From positions 7,874,001 through 7,938,000 of the forward strand of contig NC_090338.1 in the NCBI RefSeq assembly GCF_035084215.1: DNA of 64,000 bases, in the 5' to 3' direction. Positions 34,301-48,309 of this stretch are shown piece by piece. Position numbers and translations under genes: made by a program. The stretch comes from Heptranchias perlo. Taxonomy: Eukaryota. The stretch's first letter is position 1. Each line of letters opens with the position of its first letter. Under the pieces are notes generated by a model. The model did no database searches. It was not told the origin of the DNA and worked only from the letters and a program-made list of their open reading frames with translations.

Positions 34301-37300
34301 TAAGTGTTGTTTGAATGGGCCAGCTTAATGGGGCTCAGAGCTAATGTCTAAAACCATGGCTTAGAACACTGCTGCATAACCCACAGATGCCAGAAGAAGG
34401 TAAGGGACAATTAGTCATGTAAAACAATCTAATTTATTTTAGAGCAACCTGTTGTGTTCTCAACTGATTTTGGTGCCTTGGTGGTTTGGGGATAGGGACT
34501 TTATAATGTGATCTATGCAAAATGGCAAATTCTTCGTGCTGTTTTGCATGCTGTATGTAACCTTGGCACTCAGATGGGCATCCAGTTAGGAATGGGCAGG
34601 ATGTGTTAAATTATAGAAAGAGTTATTAACACTTGAAAGACCATTTTGTTGCTGTACAGTGATATATAAAGTTTATTCAGGAATGAGAAAAACACCAAAT
34701 TCACAGAGCATAAAATCAGGAGTCACTTATTAAGCTCTTTCTCTGTCCTCACAATTGGAATCACCATTTGATTGCACTAGTCCACATTGTGGATTCTGTT
34801 TATACACCTTGTGGGAAAAAAAATAAGCTTTAGAAAAATAATTTTAAAAGATTGCAACCTTAATTACAGGACATGATAAGACACACTACTACTTCCCGTG
34901 TTATATAAATTGTCCTCCATTCCAGTGTCTCTGTTGAGTTGTTGCTTTACATCTAACAGAATCATGGGGGCTTTGAAAACTAAATGCACAAGGGGAAAAT
35001 CAGATATTGTCACTTATGAAAATAGATGCATAGATTTGATATTAAACTTGATAAAAGTCTGTTGCTCTTGAGAAACAGAAGAATACGCTGATATGCAACA
35101 ATGTGAGAAAACAGAAGTGTGACAAGAAAGTAGCACCCAGGAAGAAGAAATGGTGGCCCTTAAACTGTAGCTTGCCTCTCAGAGAGCAGAGGAGGGCTGG
35201 TAGTCAGGTATGACAAGGGGTGTTTGTAGATTCATTAGTTTCAATATAACAGCAGGAAAATACCATATCCAGTATAAACATTATAACAGTGACTATACTT
35301 CAAAAGTACTTTGTTGGCTGTGAGGTGCTTTGGGACACCCTAAGGTCGTGAAAACTGCTATATAAATGCAAGTTATTTTGTTTTCTTTCTTTTTTATTCA
35401 AGGTTCTGTAAAATCCTTTCTTCTTTGTGATTAGTTTTCAAGTATATTATTCTTTGTTGTAATAAAAGCACAAAACTCAATTTTCAATTAATCAAAGGGA
35501 ATAAAGAATTAAAAAGAAAGACAAATCAAGTTCAACATAAGGGCATAAAGGGTTACCTGTTGTATAGATATCTCACTGCATAATCAGGATATCTTGACAG
35601 GTACAGTGGCTTCAGTCACGTCATAGAGGTCTTTTGGTGGGCCACCATAGATTTACTGAAAAGCATGGAGAACCCACAGGCTGAGAGAAGGACAGGGAAT
35701 TCAAGTAGGCTTAGAAAATTGGTGATTTCCAGACTTGTTTTTAAGGATTCAATGCAGTAGAAGGTGCACATCAAGAGGTAAATATACACAGACCAATCCC
35801 CAGGGATATGCAGTAACTTTAGTCGTTAGGAGATCATATTGCAGTTTTATAAATGCCACTCAGATATGTTAGTTGCTCTCAACATAAACTACTACTGTTT
35901 CATATGAAACAATAACCAATGGAATTTTGGATAAACTTGCTAATGACAGTGGGCTTTAATGTTTGAGTCATTTTATACTGGATATGGTATTTGCCTTAAG
36001 AATTATTTCAAAATCAGCTCACTTTGGGCATTTTCACATGAGTAGTGATCTACCACACTTCCAACGTGGATGAATTTGTGCCATTGGTACAGTCTTATTG
36101 GAGTACCACAAATTCTATTCAACATTTTAGCTTATAGCAATTTATTTCACCTTTTCAGAGGAACTGATGCACTTTCTGTTTTCAATTTTGTTCGCTTCTT
36201 GTGCAGGTATATGACCCACGTGGATTTTGCCTCACTTAATTAAGTCTTGAAACCGTGTTCTCTGTCCTTATTGCCACACATAAATCTTTCAAGAAGGAAG
36301 AGGCTGGACAATTTTACAGCCCTCTCAGTGAAGCTCTTCATTGTAGTTTATTGGTACCCCTGGCTCATTGAGAGATTGTACTTTCTTTGAAGAATATTGG
36401 AGGCATAAAAGGAATCCTGATAAAGAAAATGGTTGTAGTTTTAATGCCAATTCTATCTCAGATCGACTACCTTACGGCCTTATCTCCCACTAAAACAGAT
36501 AAATTGGGAAATTACTATTCAGATTTGTACCGTGACCAAAAAAACTTGCTTATTACAATGCGCATTTAATTTTGAACCTAGGCATGTTATATTGCTGGAG
36601 TGAGATTTTCATATATTAAGAGAGAACTCATGGTTTGCTAATTGTATTTCAATTAGAACCAATTCAGTATTTTTCAGTGCTTGTGTTATAAAACTAGATT
36701 GGGAAATATTATTTGGTAAGGTCTGCAGTGCGGGAATGGGCTTGAGAGTTCTGTTTCACTTCTGTATCTTAATTGTTCCAAATTTAAGCTGGATGCTTCT
36801 CCCCAGGAAGAGGAAGGTAGAGAATATTGTTTCAAAACAACTTCTGTAAATTGTATACAACAGCATTGACAAGAAATGTTTGACTTTGGGGGATCATATT
36901 CATTTTTCAAGGTATTAATCCATTCAGAAATGAAGAATCAGTCCCAGCACCAAAGGAAATTTTTATTTCTGTCTGTAATTAGAAGTAAAGGTTAACATGA
37001 ACTGTTTCACAAATTCATGTGGGATTTAATTGAAGGTATTTTATATGCCTTGTAATCCAGAAGTGAAAATAATTGCAATTAAAGCGAATTCTTGGAAAAG
37101 TTGTAATTTTATTAATCTTACAGCCAGGTAGCCTTCTTCACTGGATCTGAGATAGTGTGGGATTTTTGAGGTCAGCAATAAACCATAGTATATAATTGAT
37201 AAACAGGGGAATTATGTAGACTCTAGCACTAACTGAAATCTTCTGCACAATATAATAAATCTACACACAAGCTGCTACAGATGGAACAGGTGGGCTGCTT

Positions 37301-38003
37301 GTTTGGACCTTACAATCAAGATTACATACAATGTAGTGACTACTCTAAAGACTTTCAAGGCATAATCAATCACACCATCAAGAGAACTTGGCTGTGGTGG
37401 GAGTAGGATTTGTAAAAAATTGCTATTCTGTGATTCTCTTTAGTCTTAGGACTGATTTCATTTTTGAGTGAATCTGAAGACATTGGGTACAACAGACCCT
37501 TCTCTTAGATCTCCACATGTCCTATCTCTACTATATTTTTCCCCATCTGCAGTCAAGAATCCAATCCCTTTTCACATAGTTGCATAGTATCATAGTAGGT
37601 ACAACACAGGATGAGACCATTCGGCCCATCGTGCATGTGCCGGCTCATATAGCCACTGCAAAGTTATCTTTAACAGTAAGACCTAGTGATAGCTCATTGA
37701 ATAAGCTAATTCCCTCCACTCTTTTTCATACAAGCTTAGGAATACTGACCTACAGTTTACCTTTTGCGCAATTAAAGGCCCTGGCTGTTTCTAGATAATT
37801 AGTGATGGAACTGAAACTTTCCTCTCATGCAATTTAACTTGGCTACAATAGTAATTCTAAAGGTAGGTGGCTCAATTTTTCTAAATCTCCAGATTTTGGA
37901 ATGTTCTTATGATTCAGACATGCAAACTCATCTCGGTTAGGAGATAGTTTAATCTTAAAGCATTTTAGGCTTGTTCTCTTTTTAAGAGGAATCCATCTCA
38001 GAC

Positions 38004-38170
38004 ATGGAGGTAGATATTCAACTTACTGCCTGGGTGTAAAATTGGCGTTGTGGATTGGCTGCCCATGATCGAAAGCCCCCGATTTTTATTTCTTGGGTGG
38101 TTTCTGTAATGGACAGCTCATCCGCAATATCCGATTTACACCGAGGCAGTAAGTTGAAAATGTACCCCAT
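38004..38170. mobile_element. Palindromic MITE (Harbinger-like ends)
   Basis: GGAGGTAGATATTCAACTTACTGCCTGGGTGTAAA ... TTTACACCGAGGCAGTAAGTTGAAAATGTACCCC: ~40-bp imperfect TIRs. Confidence 0.7.
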
Positions 38171-39094
38171 GGTCCCAAACAATGGTAACATCTTTGATCA
38201 GGCCCGGTTTTTATTTATTTGATTGTTAGGTAGAGAAGAATGGGATCAAGTTGGACTAACTATAATAGGAACCATTGTTTCCTAAGTTGACACTGGTGTT
38301 TGCTGGGAGTATTGGAAACGTAAGAGGAATTGTACTTGGCTAACGCAGGCAATCAGATTTCCGATAGCCTAATATATGCATCAGCAACCATGTTTCAGCC
38401 AGAATGTTAGCTCTGCATTTGAATTTTTGCAGCCAAGCAGCAGAAATCTGGGCAATGACTATGTAACAGACTCTGAGGGCTCCACAGGCAGGAGAAATGG
38501 TGTATGAAACTTTGCCATTGATATTCTGTACAGATAACTTGATATTTGCAAAACAATATGCTATGATGTATTTTAGCACAACTATTGCTGTTTGCTGTGT
38601 GTTTTACCATATCAGGAACACTTTGACTGCATATATAGATACCTTATTTTCCACACCATGTGATATAAACCCTTGGATCTCTGGAGAAAGCCTGTTTGCC
38701 AAAGGCTTCATGGTAATCACAAAAGATAGAGGGAATGGTGGGCAGCCTGCTCATCATTAGTTCATCTGAGCAGGAAGGATTCTGATAAAGTGTTGGTATT
38801 TGGAGTATTTTTTGTGCCAATTTTCTTTGCTGTTATCATTTATTCATGCAGAGGTATGGTTTGTAGGTATCACTTGCCCTCCAGTACATTGCTGGAGTGA
38901 TCATTTTTCATATCGGAATTTAGATAGTGAATGTTGCTGGACTATTTGACTGTGATGAAAATCACAGCTGAGTCTGATCTTCTCTACACACATATATTTT
39001 CCAGTAGAGGTCACTCAGTATTAATCAGGAGCAGGAATCTTCTCTGATTCATCAACCCATGGGTGCTGAAGCCAGTTTTAGTCCCTCTACTTTC

Positions 39095-39285
39095 ATTGCC
39101 TGAAAGGGCGGTGGAAGCAGATTTAATAGTAACTTTCAAAAGGGAATTGGATAAATTCTTGAAGGGTAGAAAATTGCAGGGCTATGGGGAAAGAGTAGGG
39201 GATGGGACTAATTGGATAGTTCTTTCAAAGAGCCGACACAGCCACCATGGGCTGAATGGCCTCCTTCTGTGCTATATGACTATAT
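39095..39285 (+). mobile_element. CR1 3' fragment inside an old SINE (38950-39360)
   Basis: Encodes LPERAVEADLIVTFKRELDKFLKG... Confidence 0.75.
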
Positions 39286-39784
39286 TACTGCCACCCTGCC
39301 GAATGTCAGCTAACTCAGCATAAACTGGGATTAGAATGTGGGAGCTTTTGGTCCCTTTGGTTCAGCAGCTTGTAACTCTGAATAGCAATTTTTTACAAAT
39401 CCTACTTTACTGGGATGAATTATCCCTTCCATTACAGCATCCATCCTCTTAAAGTTTAGATTGAGGAGGCATTGGGCCAATAATTGGGACAGTCTACAGG
39501 ATATTTTTCTTGTCCCAATATACTTGTTGTTGTAACAAATAGACAACTTCTTTCCAGTGTTTCTTAATTTTGGGGATATCTTGACCCCTGTTGTATGAAG
39601 CCCAGTAACCATTTCCTAGAGCCTTTCATTGATGCCAAGTTCCCTATTGCCTTCATAATTTTGTTCTGTATAATTTGGGATTGCAATTTCTCCCATTTTT
39701 CATTTGTTACTTTTTGGAACACACATATCAGTTTATAATGAACTGATATATTGGTCTCTAAAAGCATTGGTGATTTATTTTAGA

Positions 39785-41130
39785 ACTATCCCTCCTCATC
39801 CTTCTCAACTTGTCTGCAGCCTTTGACACGGTTGACCGCACCATGCTCCTCCAAAGCCTCTCCTCCGTCATCCAGCTGGGTGGGACTGCACTCGCATGGT
39901 TCCATTCTTATCTATCCAGTCATTGCCAGAGAATCACCTGCAATGTCTTCTCTTCCTGCTCCTGCATCGTTACTCCTGGAGTCCCCCAAGGATCTATCCT
40001 TGGCCCTCTCTTATTTCTCATCTACATGCTGCTCCCTTGGCGATATCATCCGAAAGCACAATGTTAGATTCGCAATTCCACATGTACACTGCGACACCCA
40101 GCTCTACCTCACCACCACCTCTCTTGACCCCTCCACTGTCTCTGATCTGTCACACTGCTTGTCCGAAATCCATGCGCAAAAACTTCATAGAGTCATAGAG
40201 TCATAGAGTTATACGGCACGGATAGAGGCCCTTCGGCCCATCGTGTCCGTGCCGGCCATCAAGCCCTGTCTACTCTAATCCCATATTCCAACTAAATATT
40301 GGGAAGACCGAAGCCATTGTCTTTAGTCCCTGCCACAAACTCCGTTCCCTAGCCACTGACTCCATCCCTCTCCCTGACCACTGTCTGAGGCTGAACCAGA
40401 CCATTCGCAACCTTGGCGTCCTATTTGACCCTGAGATGAGCTTCCGACCACAAATCTGTTCCATCACCAAGACCGCTTACTTCCACATCCATAACATCGT
40501 CCGTCTCTGTCCCTACCTCAGCTCATCTGCTGCTGAAATCCTCATCCATGCCTTTGTTACCTCCAGACTCGACTATTCCAATTCTCTCCTGGCCAGCTTC
40601 CTATCTTCCACCCTCCATAAACTTGAGCTCATCCAAAACTCTGCTGCCTGTATCCTAATTCACACCAAGTCCCATTCTCTCATCATCCCTGTGCTCGCTG
40701 ACCTACATTGGCTCCCGGTCCGGGAAGGTCTCGATTTTAAAATTCTCATTTATGTTTTGAAATCCTTCCATGGCCTCACTCCTCCCTATCTCCCTAACCT
40801 CTTCCAGCCCTACAACCCTCCGAGATCTCTGCACTCCTCCAATTCTTCCTTCTTGCACATCCCTGATTTCAATCGCTCCACCATTGGCGGCCGTGCCTTC
40901 AGCTGCCTAGGCCCTAAGCTCTAGAATTCCCTCCCTAAACCTCGCTACCTCTCTCCTCTCCTTTAAGACGCTCCTTAAAACCTATCTCTTTGACCAAGCT
41001 TTTGGTCACCTGTCCTAATATTTCCTTATGTGGCTCGGTGTCAAATTTTGTTTGATAACACTCCTGTGAGGTGCCTTGGGATGTTTTACTATGTTAAAGG
41101 CGCTTTATAAATGCAAGTAGTTGTTGTTAT
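39785..41130 (+). mobile_element. L2 LINE RT-to-3' fragment with a short CR1 tail inserted at ~40185-40290
   Basis: Encodes SAAFDTVD..GVPQGSILGPLLFLIY and IHAFVTSRLDYSNSLL..LHWLPV; ends in ATGCAAGTAGTTGTTG. Confidence 0.88.
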
Positions 41131-41899
41131 TCTATTTGCCCTCTGGATGATTCTTTCTTTTTTAGTTGAATTGTTGCCCTTTCTCCTTGTTCAAAGCATC
41201 TCATTTTGGCAGTGCCTAAAGAATATTCTGCTTTTCTCTACTGTATTTGTTACATTCATATTTTATTCCTGTGGACATTGATCTGATAGTTTCTACATAG
41301 TTCCTAATTAACATGTTGTTCTAACATTTTCGATTTCATCACTTTGGTTGCTATGGAATAGAAGGTTTGGTTTCTATTTGATCCCTGCCAATTTGATTGA
41401 TGCTCACTAAAATATCATGTTGTTAATTCCTTCGGGTAATTCATGAAAGGAAGATCTTGAAATCCGAAGTTTCATTCTATATCTGCATGTTCTGGATGAT
41501 TGACTAAATGGCCCTATTTGGGATTATACTATTACTTGGCCTTGGAGTAAAATGCTAGTCTGTGCCTCTGTGATCAGTTTGTCCATTCCTAATGATACCA
41601 TTATAAAGTCTATCCCATATTAACATGGACAAGCAACATTAAGGTATGCCCTCACTGTTGTGAATACTGTTGTATTTACCATTCTCCAAATATCCTCTAA
41701 ATCCGAAACCTTCCTCACTCTTCCATTTCCATCTGATTGTTTTTCTGCGGGATGTTTCTACGAGGCCTGGCCAGCACCTTGCCCAGGATCAAATTAAGTT
41801 CAATTAGTAAGAAAAAAAAAATGAGGAATTTATGTTTGCACCGTGCCTCCTATTGTCATGCCTAATTTAGCTTTTAATGAGTTTTAAGTAATCCCAACT

Positions 41900-42415
41900 A
41901 TAAAGAATGTACAACTCAGAAATAGGCCATTCGACCCAACAGGCCTATGTCAGTGTTTATGCTCCACATGAGTCTCCTCCTGTTTTACTTAATCTCACCC
42001 TATCAACATATCCTTCTATTCCTTTCTCCTATATGTACTTATCTAGCTTCCCCTTAAATGCATCTGTGCCAATTGCCTCAACCATCCCACATGGCAGCAA
42101 ATTCCACATTCTCACCACTCTGGGTAAAGAAGTTTCTCCTGAATTCCCCATTGGATTTATTAGTGAATATCTTATATTTATGGCCCCTTGTTTTGAACTC
42201 CTCCGTAAGTGGAAACATCTTCTCTACATCGACCTATTGAACCCCTTCATAATTTTAAAGATCTCTATCAGGTCACCTCTCAGTTTTCTCTTTTCTAGAG
42301 AAAGGAGCCCCAGCCTGTTCAGTCTTTCCTGATAGTTGTACCTGCTCCATTCTGGTATCATCCTTGTAAATCTTTTTTTTGCACTTTCTCCAGTGTTTCC
42401 ATATCCTTTTTCTAA
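41900..42415 (-). mobile_element. CR1 3' fragment
   Basis: Reverse complement of the 10670-11095 subfamily. Confidence 0.8.
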
Positions 42416-43184
42416 TATATACTCAATCAGAAAGTCCAGCTACAGTTTGGCCATCATCGGGAATTCAGTGCAACATTAATTGATGTATGAATGAACTCAT
42501 CATTGACAGGACACAATTGGGATATTACGAACAGCTGCTTCATCTCATCAGTTTTAAGAAGGCAAGGATAATATATTTGTCATCACAATGGTCACAAACA
42601 TTGCAATGTTACTGCCTGAGGTTAAGCTCTGTTTTCTGTAGTTCAAGAAGACATGGGTAAGGTTGCATCATTAAATCTCCCACTTAAGGTGATCTTATAA
42701 AAACATATGAAGCATATAACAGGAAGCTAGATAAACACAAGGGAGAAGGGAATAGAAGGATATGTTCATAAGGTGAGATGAAATAGGGTGGGAGGAGGCC
42801 CGTGTGGAGCATAAACACCAGCATAGACCTGTTGGGCTGAATGGTCTGTTTCTGTACTGTAATTTCTATGTATGATTGCTTTCATTGGGTATCAGTTTAT
42901 ATGTAGGAGTTGACTATTTCAATACAGTTTAATGTTATTCTGTGGCGCACTGGTTGCAGTCTTTAGAACCTTCTTTCCTGGTTTGTTGGCAGACTTAACA
43001 CCTTGTACTTTTAAAATAGCACCTTTCTTTATGCTTCTATTAACTTATACTAATGATTTAACTATTAGAATCTAACATTTTTCACACTTCTCCAAACTTT
43101 CTGCAAGTTTTCTATACATTTTCCAAACATCTTTATACTTCTCTTCCTGTTTTTGTCTTCTAACTTCTATAACATTCTAAATTG

Positions 43185-43530
43185 TCATAGAATTACCATA
43201 GAATCTTACAGCACAGAAGGCGGCCATTTGGCCCATTGAACCTGTGCCGGCTCTTAGAAAGAGCTATCCCATTAGTCCCACTCCCCTGCTCTATCATCAT
43301 AGACCTGCAATTTTTTCCCCCTTTCAAGTATTTATCCAATTCCCTTTTCAAAGTTACGATTGACTCTGCTTCCACTACCCTTTCAGGCGGTGCATTCCAG
43401 GTCATAATAACACACTGCGTAAAAAAAATTCTCCTCATCTCCCCCCTGGTTCTTTTGCCAGTTATCTTAAATCTGTGTCCACTGGCTACCGACCCTCCTG
43501 CCAGTGGAAACAATTTCTCCTTATTTTCAC
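43185..43530 (-). mobile_element. CR1 3' fragment
   Basis: Encodes FPLAGGSVASGHRFKITGKRTRGEMRRIFFTQ..; CATAGAAT tail. Confidence 0.8.
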
Positions 43531-45719
43531 TAGAGTTCTGGGGTTGAATTTCTGGGTAGGGTTTTCCTGATTGTCTAATATAAATACTAAGTCCAATCCT
43601 TCCCCTTTAAGTATCATAATTCAAGTATCATATTTAATTATGCATTGAAGACAGTGTGACCAATCAGCCATTCTCTATCAAGCTTGAGATTCCAATTAAA
43701 ATTCTGCAAACACATTTATTTCTACCTATTTAAAGCTAATATGGCACATGTCAGGCTTAAAGTTGGTCAAAGGATTTGGCTAGTTCCAAACATCACTACG
43801 AATAAGCAATGATGGATTCTTGTTTATTACCAAATCCATTGCTTAATCATTTCTCTGATTAATGGTAATGTTTCAACTAAAGCAACAATCATTCATCGTC
43901 TAATTTATCCCTACAGGTGCTCAAAACATACACTTAATTAAAATTTCAAACAGTGCAGAGTATTGCTGTATGAGAGGAGAACAACCTTTGCATCACTTCA
44001 TTTTTCTTGGTTCAGAGTTAGAATTCCGATTAGGTACTAGTTTACCTTATGATACCAAAATCATAGAGAGCAGTTAACTCTGTTGAGTTGGGTGTGAAAC
44101 AACTTCTCGTACAAGATATTGCCTTCCAATTCTATAGGCTATCTCCAATTTTAAATTAGTGTAGGATTCTGGCCTTTCCCTCTAGGGCTGTATAACTGTT
44201 CTAGCATCATTTTAATCTATCTGGTATAAAATGGAGTATAAATCTCCTTCCTTCATCTGTTGCATCTTTCTTTACGTTAAAAGGGAGACTCCTATCTACC
44301 AGAATCTCTGTGGCTCTGCTGCTGTTGATTCAGTGTGCTGGAAAGCCTTGTCTGAATCAGTCAGTATATTAAATTCCCATCTTGCTCCTTCAAATGAGTT
44401 TCTCAAAATAATGCTATATCTCATTGCAAACATACTCATTTTTGCGTGTTTGCAATGGCCAGTCCCCTGGCACTTCATGAAATTACATTGTGTCCTAGAT
44501 TTGCTACTTTCTATTTTTAAAGTTCAATTTGCCAAACAGACTAGTCTCCTTGTCAGAGAGGACTATCTTTCCCCTCCTATCCCCCTGCCCAACCTTTTGT
44601 CTGACTAATGTTACCACCCCCACCCCCCCCAGCATCCCCCCCATTCCTGGTGGGGCTCTGTTCTCCATTACCTTGAACTTTCCCTGTGCCTCCTCCATCT
44701 GTGTCCTCCTTCGCTCTTATGCTATGAAAGAGTCTACAACTCTCATCCATCAACATTTTATCTGCATTGTACTTCTTTTAAGATTATCCCTTCCTATTAT
44801 TATTTCTAGCACAGCTGGCACAAAACAAATAACTTCATGATCCTCTAAGGCATCCTTATTTTTAAGCGTTACATTCCCTTCTCCCCATGTAGGTTGACAA
44901 ATGACTTGAACCTTCCTCTGTCTAGATCCAATGGATCAATTGATCCGTGCTTCCAATCCATTGCCGAAAGGACATAAATATTTCTTTTTGACATTTAACA
45001 TGAGGGAATGTCTCCCACTTGTTTCTCATTTGCAGTTTGTCCAATTATTGGGGGAGTGGGGTGGAGTGAAGAGTGCGTTCCTATCAGTATGGGTGGAGAA
45101 TGTTCCACGTTGGTTTTAATTTAATTTTGTTCTTTGGCATAAATGGGGACATCCAATCCCCTGGCTGTGTTGGCAGGATTATCAGTCCAAAGCCTCATCC
45201 ATAACCAATCCCTGTCCGTGCAGAGACAAATATGTGTTTATTTCTTAGCAGTTGAATGAATGGATATGTAGAACTTCCTAGCAGCCTTAAACCCTGTTCA
45301 TAACACGTGTACATTAATTACATTTGGCAGCTTGTTGAACCTGTGAAAGGACATTTAGTACTCCGACGGTTAATAATTCATTCCAGCTCACCTCTGATGC
45401 TTTTAAGTTGTCAGATTTGACATCACCAAGTGATTTCATAGAATCATAGAATGCTTACGGCACAGAAGGAGGCCATTCGGCCCATCGAACCCATGATTTA
45501 TTAAAACATAAATGATTGTTTTCAATATATTGCCCAAAAAGGATGACATTCAACCATTTTCACTGTTGTTCTTAGTCCCAGTTTTCTTCCCTTCCCACCT
45601 GAAGGTGCTGAGTGATGCTAGGATACAAGCTCAATGTGTACTGGCAGAATCCGTGTGACCATCCGTTATTTATGAACATAGATAGAGAGTGTCAACAGGC
45701 TACTTAATATTGGAGGGCA

Positions 45720-46601
45720 GTCTGAAATGCAAACAGAAAATGCTGGAAACACTCAGCAGGTCAGGCAGCATCTGCGCAGAGAGAGAAACAGAGTTAACGG
45801 GCGCAATTTTAGCCCCCACGATCGGGCAGATATCCCGGCTAGATCCTGCCCGTTTTTGCATTAGACTCAGGCAAATCTGTATGCATGTGCACAGCTATCA
45901 CCAGGAAGTCCCACCCCCACTTAAATCCGGCGGCCAATACTTAAAGGGGCAGTGTACCTCATTGAGGTATTTAAGGTACTTTATATTTTGTGTATTAGAC
46001 ATTTAAAATGATTTTAGCCTCACCTGGGCAGCTTTCCCATCGCTTCGGATTTATGCCTGGTGAAAACAGGTGGGAAGGGCCGGATTAATGAAAAATACAC
46101 TAAATAAATTAAATAAAATGACATATTCCATTGCAAAAAAAGTTAACAAACATACCTTAAAACCGATGCTACTTGGACCCCCCGCCTCTGATCCCCGATG
46201 TCGACTGGACCCCCCACACTGATCTGCGATGTCACCTGGACCCCCCACCCTGATCTGCGATGTTGCCTGGACCCTCCCACTACGATCTCCGATGTCTCCC
46301 CCCAATCTGATCTCCGATGTCCCCCACACCCCGATCACTCTCCCAATAGCCGATGAGGTCTCTCTCTTTCTTCTCCCCCAACTTTCTTGCATATGTAGCT
46401 CCTCTCCGCTGACAGGCAGCCAGCCTGTCAATTAGGCTGGCTGCCAGGCGCGAAACCCAGAAGAGGCATTGATTGACCTCATTAAGGTTGTGATCTGCCT
46501 ACTTCCCTTCCAGGTTTCGCACCCAAAAATTCCCTCCCCTCCTCCTGCCGGCATGATAAAATTATGCCCAATGTTTCAGATCGATGACCTTTCTTCAGAA
46601 C
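45720..46601 (-). mobile_element. Penelope-like pLTR with hammerhead core, split by a MITE
   Basis: 45720-45798 plus 46570-46601 read on the minus strand as GTTCTGAAGAAAGGTCATCGATCTGAAAC..GTTAACTCTG...GATGCTGCCTGACCTGCTGAG. Confidence 0.75.
45799..46569. mobile_element. Harbinger-type MITE with internal ~30-bp tandem repeats
   Basis: Ends GGGCGCAATTTTA and TAAAATTATGCCC; 3-bp TSD-like AAC/AAT; repeats of CTGGACCCCCCAC..TGATCTGCGATGT at 46170-46350. Confidence 0.7.
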
Positions 46602-46631
46602 CGAATCTGATCTTGAATTCCAAGACATCCA

Positions 46632-47638
46632 CAGGACATTGCTGCAGGAGTTCCTCAGGGCAGTGTCCTAGGCCCAACCATCTTCAGCTGCTTCATCAAT
46701 GACCTTCCCTTCATCATAAGGTCAGAAATGGGGATGTTCACTGATGATTGCACAGTGTTCAGTTCCATTCTCAGCCCCTCAAATAATGAAGAAGTCCGAG
46801 CCCGCATGCGGCAAGACCTGGACAACATCCAGGCTTGGGCTGATAAGTGGCAAGTAACATTCACGCCAGACAATTGCCAGGCAATGACCATCTCCAACAA
46901 GAGAGAGTTTAACCACCTCCCCTTGACATTCAACGGCATTACCATTACCGAATCCCCCACCATCAACATCCTGGGGTCACCATTGACCAGAAACTTAACT
47001 GGACCAGCCACATAAATACTGTGGCTACAAGAGCAAGTCAGAGGCTGGGTATTCTGCGGCGAGTGACTCACCTCCTGACTTCCCCAAAGCCTTTCCACCA
47101 TCTACAAGGCACAAGTCAGCAGTGTGATGGAATACTCTCCACTTGCCTGGATGAGTGCAGCTCCAACAACACTCAAGTAGCTCGACACCATCCAGGACAA
47201 AGCAGCCCGCTTGATTGGCACCCCATCCACCACCCTAAACATTCACTCCCTTCACCACCGGTGCACTGTGGCTGCAGTGTGTACCATCCACAGGATGCAT
47301 TGCAGCAACTCGCCAAGGCTTCTTCGACAGCACCTCCCAAACCCGCGACCTCTCCCACCTAGAAGGACAAGAGCAGCAGGCACATGGGAACAACACCACC
47401 TGCACGTTCCCCTTCAAGTCACACACCTCCGGACTTGGAAATATATTGATGTTCCTTCATCGTCACTGGGTCAAAATCCTGGAACTCCCTTCCAAACAGC
47501 ACTGTGGGAGAACCTTCACTACACGGACTGCAGCGGTTCAAGAAGGCGGCTCACCACCACCTTTTCAAGGGCAATTAGGGATGGGTAATAAATGGCGGCG
47601 TCGCCAGCGACGCCCACATCCCATGAACGAATAAAAAG
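46632..47638 (+). mobile_element. Family-Z LINE, 5'-truncated
   Basis: GVPQGSV/MFTDD region through to the CCCATGAACGAATAAAA end. Confidence 0.88.
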
Positions 47639-47885
47639 AAAACACACATGCATTTTCCAAGCTGAAGTGTTGCTTGATAGTGATCAGGGGCAGGAATTCC
47701 GACTGATTTATTTTCTCTTCCTCCTTACCCCAGAACACTGAGGCTGATACTAGTATCCTGCTACTGCCCTAGTGAAGGCAGAACAGACCGAGGGTTGAAC
47801 GTAGGACCGTTTGTTTTGTACGGGTTATGAATTTATTGAACATTTTCATATATGGTTTTGATATTAGGAACTTGGATTCACCTAT

Positions 47886-48308
47886 GTCAGTCGTGGCTCA
47901 GTTGGTAGCTTTTCTCGCCTCTGAGGCAGAAAGTTATGGGTTCGAGTTCCACTCTGGAGACTTGAGCACATAATCTAGGCTGACACTCCCAGTGCAGTAC
48001 TGAGGGAGTGCTGCACTGTCAGAGGTGCCGTCTTTTGGATGAGACATTAAACTGAGGTCACATCTGCCCTCTCAGGTGGATGTAAAGGATCCCATGGCAT
48101 GATTTGAAAGAAGAGCAGGGGAGTTCTCCCTGTGTCCTGGCTGATCAAACAACATCACTAAAAACAGATTATCTGGCCATTATCACATTGCTGTCTGTGG
48201 GACCTTGCTGTGCACAAATTGGCTGCCGTGATTCCTACATTAAAGTGCTTTGGGATGTCCTGAGGTTGTGAAAGATGCTATATAAATGTAAGTTCTTTCT
48301 TTCTTCTT
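47886..48308 (+). mobile_element. Near full-length tRNA-derived Deu-domain SINE (SacSINE1-like)
   Basis: A box TGGCTCAGTTGG (~47894), B box GTTCGAGTTC (~47940), Deu core CTGAGGGAGTGCTGCACTGTCAGAGGTGCCGTC, L2-like tail with (TTTC)n. Confidence 0.85.
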
Positions 48309-48309
48309 T

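Larger units (their letters stand above)
39380..42700 (-). mobile_element. Highly decayed L1/Tx1-like ORF2 remnant, interrupted by L2 (39785-41130) and CR1 (41900-42415)
   Basis: Minus-strand fragments: GLEDIWR and GIDFIMVS (EN-like, ~41570-41710), IMKAIGNL (~39600-39670), VMEGIIHPSKVGFVKN (RT N-terminus, ~39390-39450). Confidence 0.5.

Noticed and set aside
46170-46350. CRISPR-like repeat array
   Set aside because: Eukaryotic context; these are degenerate tandem repeats without unique spacers inside a MITE.
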